Source: Octopus sinensis (taxonomy: Eukaryota). From it: a stretch of 28,698 nucleotides of DNA. How positions within the stretch are numbered: the first letter of the stretch is position 1; each line of letters starts with the position of its first letter. The DNA lies in the NCBI RefSeq assembly GCF_006345805.1, contig NW_021833188.1, positions 1 to 28,698 on the forward strand. Reading direction: 5' to 3'. The notes below the pieces were generated by a model that saw nothing but the letters and a program-made list of their open reading frames with translations, did no database searches and was not told where the DNA came from. Of this stretch, positions 22,939 through 28,698 are shown piece after piece. The translations under genes were made by a program, and so were the position numbers.

Positions 22939-23047
22939 AATCTTGAGGAATTAGGCTTCTCAAAACTGAAAGAAGAAGCTAATTCGAAGACTACAGATCC
23001 AATCCATCACTGGAACTGTAAAAATCTGTGAACCTTTCCAGAAGTTT
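22939..23047 (+). pseudogene. Short C-terminal fragment of a non-LTR retrotransposon ORF, frameshifted (possibly R4/Dong-like, restriction-like-endonuclease type)
   Basis: Two overlapping frames give NLEELGFSKLKE and KKLIRRLQIQSITGTVKICEPFQKF. This resembles the extreme C-terminus of such ORFs as I remember it; clade assignment is tentative. Confidence 0.45.
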
Positions 23048-23104
23048 CAGCTATATTGAACGGGTTTAGCCGAATAATTTGGCCCAATACGTATTTTATT
23101 AAAG

Positions 23105-23215
23105 TCTAAGACATATTTTATCGGTTACTTCTACCGATCCGTGAGGTTACGAGTGATATAACCAAACCAAAACCGTTGTCAGTGGTGGTGCTGAACGGAA
23201 CAAAACATAGATATA
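23105..23215 (-). mobile_element. Highly degraded SINE family B-like 3' fragment
   Basis: TATCGGTTACTTCTACCGATCCGTGAGGTTACGAG...AACCAAACCAAAACCGTTGTCAG aligns loosely with 22750-22830. Confidence 0.45.
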
Positions 23216-23288
23216 CATGTTATTGTTGCTGCTGGTTTATTATTATAATTATTATTATTATTATTGTTGTTGTTGTTGTTGTTGTTTA

Positions 23289-23411
23289 GGAGGCGAGCTG
23301 GCAGAATCGTTACCAAGCCGGGTAAAATACTTAGCGGTATTTCGTCCTTCTTTACGTTCTGAGTTTAGATTCCGCCGAAGTCGACTTTACCTTTCATCCT
23401 TTCGGGGTCAA

Positions 23412-23460
<49 letters not shown>
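23289..23460 (+). mobile_element. SINE family A (to 23410) followed by (ATT)n
   Basis: GGAGGCGAGCTGGCAGAATCGTTA...GTCGACTTTACCTTTCATCCTTTCGGGGTC, then (ATT)n at 23411-23460. Confidence 0.88.
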
Positions 23461-23502
23461 GAGTGAGAGAGCAGTGCATGTCATCAAAGTGACACTGGGG
23501 TA
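23460..23502 (-). mobile_element. 43-nt terminal fragment of element X
   Basis: 41/43 identical to the reverse complement of 676-718. Confidence 0.85.
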
Positions 23503-23514
23503 TATTACTATTAT

Positions 23515-23532
23515 CATCATCATCAGTAGTAA

Positions 23533-23583
<51 letters not shown>

Positions 23584-24440
23584 CAACAGCAGCAGTCATT
23601 TTTCCTTTTGCTGAATCTTAGTAAGGGTTTGTGATGGTTCTATGTAATCGATAGGCTGCAGATGAAGGTAACACCTCCCCCGATACTTCACCATCATTCC
23701 ATACCTTGAACACCATCACATCACCCACCTCCTCAGCTTTCTCAAACCACCACCACCACCACCACTTCGGCGACCACCACCATCATCCCCAGCACCACTA
23801 TCACCTCACTACCAACACCTCTTCCAATCACATCACCCTCATCATCACCACCACAAACCACCACAGCCAACCACTGTCTTCAACAAATCTCCATCGCCGC
23901 ATTAAAATTCAAAAAACTATCGCCGTCATTACCAAGAACAGAACTTAGCCCAACACCACCGTCGCCACCAAAACCATCACATCCGCCTCCGCCACCGCCA
24001 CCGCCACCGCCACCGCCACCACGACCACTGCAATCACATACACGACTACCACCATCACCATCACCTCATTTCTCTCTCTCTCCTCTCAGTCTCCTCTCTT
24101 TTCTCCCTCATACTTCCTCCACATCTCTCTCTCTCTCTCTCTCTGTCTGTATCTTGTTCCTGTCTGTCTGTCTCTATCTCTCTTCTCCTCTCTCTCTCTT
24201 TGTCTCAGTCTGTCTGTCTTTCTCTTGCTGTCTCTATCAAAAAGGAGAAGAGCTGACTTGTCAAATGTTATCTCGACATATAGCTTCTGTTAACTCTCGG
24301 TTGACAAAAGATAAAATATTGATGTCACCACTTCTACCGCCACCACCACCACCTCCACCACCACCACTAACAGCACCACCACAACTACCGCTAACAGCAG
24401 CACCACCTATCAGTATCATCACTACCACCACCACCACCAT
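23515..24440. repeat. (GTA)n, CAC/CAT mosaic and (CT)n tracts
   Basis: Visible directly. Confidence 0.8.
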
Positions 24441-24607
24441 CAAATACACAATCCAATCTTTCTTTCCCTTGTACACTGGTAGGATGTGATTTATAAGAAA
24501 TTTGACTGCTATTTCTAACAGGCAGAAAGACAACCCTTTTTTTCTTACCTAGGGTCCTTCGATTTCTAGTTTACTCTACTGGACTTTAGGGGGTCATATG
24601 AATCCCG

Positions 24608-24629
24608 GTTGAGAAACACTGCTTTAAAG
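24608..24629. mobile_element. Possible isolated right terminus of a hAT-Charlie-type element
   Basis: GTTGAGAAACACTG (reverse complement CAGTGTTTCTCAAC) resembles the Charlie TIR CAGTGGTTCTCAA. It is followed by CTTTAAAG, similar to the NTCTAGAN target preference. No left end was found. Confidence 0.3.
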
Positions 24630-24711
24630 GTACACGTATCAGCTATTTGGCACGATAATTCACGACAATTGTTCAAACTGTGGTGTTCAAATCGACCGGA
24701 GAGTCAATGAC

Positions 24712-24914
24712 GTGTGTGTGTGTGTGTGTGTTTATGAGTGTGTGTGTATGGTGTGTGTGTGTGTGTGGTGTGTGAACATCCTTTTTGCGTGAATGTGTTC
24801 ACACACTATCTATACGTATTTATATGTTAGTATATACATATATATTTTTTCTGAACCACAAATGTACACACATATGCACGTACACACTCACACTCACAAA
24901 TTTATATATACACA

Positions 24915-24970
<56 letters not shown>

Positions 24971-25054
24971 AGTATATATATACACAAGTACACATACACA
25001 CACACACACACACATATATATATACGTACATATATGTGTGAGCATGATATGTGT

Positions 25055-25108
<54 letters not shown>

Positions 25109-25320
25109 TTGTGTGTGTGTGCATGCGTGTGCGTGTGAGTCTGTCTCTGTGTGTGCGTATGTGTGTGCATTGATATGGATATATATCTATGTACGTAGGT
25201 ATGTATGAATGTATGAATGTATGTATATATATATATATGTATATATATATATGGCCGCATATATGTGTGTGCGTGCGTGCGCGTGCGCATGTGTATATAT
25301 ATATATGTATATACCAAAAA
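24712..25320. repeat. Compound (TG)n/(CA)n/(TA)n field
   Basis: Visible directly. Confidence 0.88.
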
Positions 25321-25778
25321 ATTCTAAGAAGTTGGGTGGCAGATAAATAGAGGATTGTTATAGAAGTCACTACTACAAGACAATATAGAGTTTGAGTGAA
25401 TAGTGGTGGTGGGGATGCTGGTGCTGGTGGTCAATTGATGGACTGTAATTTGCTGAACAGGTGGTTTTGTTAATGAAGGTATGAGGGAAGAGACGAGAGA
25501 GAGAACGAGAAAGAAAGACAACGAAGAGGAGGGGGAAGGGCGGAGGTTGAAGGAAAAAGCGAGGACTTGATGGAATGATAGGAGGTGGAACCTGAAAGAT
25601 AAACAGTAGTAATTAAGTTTTAATAGGATTCGAGGAAAATGTAAGGAAGAAGCTGCGGCCGAGTAGATGTGCGGAAGGAGGTAGCTATAGGTCGATGTAT
25701 GAGTGTGTGTATGTATACATACATACACACACATATACACACGCATATACGTGTTTGTATACACATGCATACACACAA

Positions 25779-25829
<51 letters not shown>

Positions 25830-25916
25830 CATATATATATACATACATACATACATACATACATACATACATACATACATAATACATACATACATACATA
25901 CATATATATATACATA

Positions 25917-26034
25917 TCACGTGATCACGTGACCGACCAGACCATCAGATGTTGCTACACATCGCCGGTCACAATGCGTTCGCATTTTTTAGCTTTCGAA
26001 TGACGCCACCCCGCTGGCTAAGCGAGCAGGCCAA
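25917..26034 (-). mobile_element. SINE family D, 5'-truncated copy (3' end only)
   Basis: Colinear with 5240-5360, including the TCACGTGATCACGTGA palindrome. Confidence 0.9.
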
Positions 26035-26169
26035 TATATATATGTATGTATGTATGTATGCATGTATGTATGTATGTATGCATGTATGCATGTATGCATG
26101 TATGTATGTATGCATGCATGCATGCATGTTATGTATGTATGTATGTATGCATGCATGAATACAGATCAA

Positions 26170-26626
26170 CATCTTATCATCATCGCTATCATAATATCTC
26201 CTTGACTATTGTGACAATTTGCTGGGGTGCCATTCCAGACATTCTACCAATCGGCCATCGCCATTTCTCTCTATTTTCCTCCATAAACCTTAAGGGCCAC
26301 AGTGCTGAGTACTGTCTAGTCACTGAGTTTCTCAGATAAGGTTTTCCTTTCCTTTTCTTACCCCCATTTCGCCATTCCGAAATTGTGGTCTGAAGAATGG
26401 CGTTTGTGGGACGTGTGTTTTTTTTTTTATCAGGATATATCTTTATACTCGTTTCGGATCGGTAAGACGTGGTTCTTACTTGTCTGCATATTCGAGGATT
26501 TTCCTCTCTGACACAGCTGCTTGACTTTTGGATCGTGTACAAGTTTTGCAGTGTCGCTGTGAGAATGAGTGCCCCATGGGGAAGTCCTTGATTTTGCTGC
26601 TCTCATCCTACAGCCAAATAAAAAAG
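26170..26626 (-). pseudogene. Decayed RTE-clade LINE 3' end (ORF C-terminus plus GAT-like tail)
   Basis: Frameshifted segments FLFGC, ESSKIKDF, KILEYADK*EPRLT and NAILQTTISEWRNGGKKRKG...MEENREKWR...SGMAPQ parallel the RTE motifs LYGCETW, KIQAFE, EPLLT, KTILQG..EG.RRRG and EDR..WR. They are followed by GATAGCGATGATGATAAGAT. Confidence 0.6.
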
Positions 26627-26859
26627 CCATTTACAAGGTTTCACAACAGACTCAGAAGTTATACCCCAATAAACCATCGCCCTAGGCGGACTGCCCTTCA
26701 TCCCTACTACTGAACATGCTTCTACCCAGAACACACAGATTCTATGTATTGTGCCAGACATGAATGCCTAGCTTTCTTGCTTATATACAAAGATTGAAGT
26801 GACCAGGTGCTTGTAAAGCCTGAAATGGACGAAAAACTCATAAAACAATACATAGGTTA

Positions 26860-27330
26860 TAAGAACAGACAAGCACACATACGCAAATAGAGATTGAAAC
26901 ACAAGACAATATATACGCACACACTTTACTCTACACAAGGACACATATGGAGATGCACGGGTCTACACATATAGAGATGCACATCCATACATACAAACAT
27001 GGTACATAGTTGCAAAATACATACAAGGAGACAGAGGCGCATACATATACAAACACACGTTCACACACACACACCACACACACACACACATACATAGAAA
27101 ATACACAAACACGGACATGCAAGCACATGAGTATGTAAAATACATACATACAGATGCACAGACATATATACATGTGCATACATACATATATATACATACA
27201 TACACATGCATACATACATACATACATACATACATACATACATACATACACGCATACATACGTACATGCATGCATGCATAGGCACACACACACACACACA
27301 TACTGACCCCACACACATGCGCACAAACAA
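26860..27330. repeat. CA-rich and (CATA)n microsatellite field
   Basis: Visible directly. Confidence 0.8.
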
Positions 27331-27979
27331 ACAAAAAGGAACGCAGTGTAAATAACGGACAGAGTCAATATTACTGAAAAGGTTGCAAGACGCAACGAAA
27401 ATTTTAGGTAAATAAAAATAAGAAATAAGTGGATATTTTACCGGCGTGTTAAATCATAAGGTTCAAAAAGAAAATGACTCTCCCCAGACACAACAGAATA
27501 TGCTTCAACATACGAACTCATATAAAGAATCTTGTAAACCAAATCCCAAAAACGAAATAATAAAACAACATTTTTATATGAACTGACGGGTTCATCATAG
27601 CAGTTGAAATAAGTCCAACACTTCGTTTACTGAACTACAGATCCAAGGCATTCAAAGTTGTTCACGTGAAGTTATTGACCATCCAGTATTATGGTCTTTG
27701 CTATTAGTCGGAATATAATTGACTAACCGAAATGATTTCTCTTCCGTACGCTCATTATGTTCTCTTACCTGGCTGATGGTATACACCTGGATTTCTGATT
27801 TGTTGTCTACAATTTGGTTGTTATTATTAGCGAAATGCAAAAAGACAAAACAGTGTCACTCTTACCTCCACGCATCCTTCAGTGGCTCTGCTTTTCTACC
27901 GATTCTTAGTGATCTCAATTCTTTGGATGAGTACACTATTTTCATTGGTGGAATGGTGCCAAGATACTGGTATGTCTTA

Positions 27980-28275
27980 TCTTACCATTTTACTTGTGTC
28001 AAACATTGGACTGCGGCCATGCTGGGAGCACCAGAATGAAATGATTTTTTTAATCGAACAAATTGATCCAAGTATTTGTTTGCTTGTTTTTTTTTTTTTG
28101 TTCATTCTAGGTACTTATTACATCGGTCTGCTTTGCCGAAGCGTTAAATTTTAACGGGGACGTAAACAAACCAACACCGGTTGTCAAGCGTTGGGTGCAA
28201 AACACAATGACATATAGACACGTTCAAATACATACGCACACACACACACAAACACACACATCTATACGAGATGGT
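27980..28275 (-). mobile_element. SINE family B, diverged 3' half
   Basis: TTTTACTTGTGTCAAACATTGGACTGCGGCCATGCTGGGAGCACC...GGTACTTATTACATCGGTCTGCTTTGCCGAA...GGGGACGTAAACAAACCAACACCGGTTGTCAAGCG is the reverse complement of the family B tail. Confidence 0.8.
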
Positions 28276-28555
28276 TATTATCCCATCGTTCGTTCGAGTA
28301 TGAAGTGTGTGTGTCAGTCGTGTGTTGTATCTTTGCTTTCAGGGTAGGTGGAATTTAAACTCTGGTTTAGTTTGGCTGCTGTTTCTTATGGATCTTTATC
28401 TTTGAGTGTGTGTGTGTGTGTGTGTGTATGTGTGTGTATGTATGTGTTTGTATTTGCATGTATGTATCTGTGTCTGTGTGTGTATTCGAGTCACTACGTA
28501 TGCATTTTAAGAATATGAACAAAAATTCTTACACAAACACAAACACACACACACA

Positions 28556-28616
<61 letters not shown>

Positions 28617-28698
28617 TATGTTATATCTATATATATATACTACCACATACAACACAGATATATTAGTATATATGCACACACACAGCACCACATATATG

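Noticed and set aside
25324-25600. Exon after the strong minus-strand acceptor TTTATCTTTCAG at 25592
   Set aside because: The downstream sequence is low-complexity pyrimidine-rich, no donor was found, and no frame gives a recognisable peptide.
27760-27985. Minus-strand exons ending at CAG|GTAAG (~27770) and GAG|GTAAG (~27866)
   Set aside because: The donors look good, but the acceptors are poor and the peptides unrecognised, so support is insufficient.

Overview
AT-rich eukaryotic non-coding DNA, almost certainly from an octopus (Octopodidae). The assignment rests on four recurring tRNA-derived SINE families, which I recognise from memory as octopus-type, and on very dense di-, tri- and tetranucleotide microsatellites. 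No complete protein-coding gene, rRNA, genuine tRNA or CRISPR array is supported. Nearly all ORFs in the track are translations of simple repeats. The window holds about 25 SINE copies or fragments (labelled A-D here) and decayed transposon remnants: a pogo-type transposase C-terminus, an RTE-type LINE 3' end and a short non-LTR C-terminal fragment. It also holds a ~550-bp interspersed element flanked by (TAA)n, a 29-unit 45-bp minisatellite with higher-order structure, and a few weak minus-strand exon candidates. The most notable observation is at 21783-21990: a 42-bp inverted repeat (40/42) whose minus strand folds into a minimal type I hammerhead ribozyme with a U4C core variant, a palindromic stem III and a GUA cleavage triplet. 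This architecture resembles Penelope-like element or retrozyme repeats.
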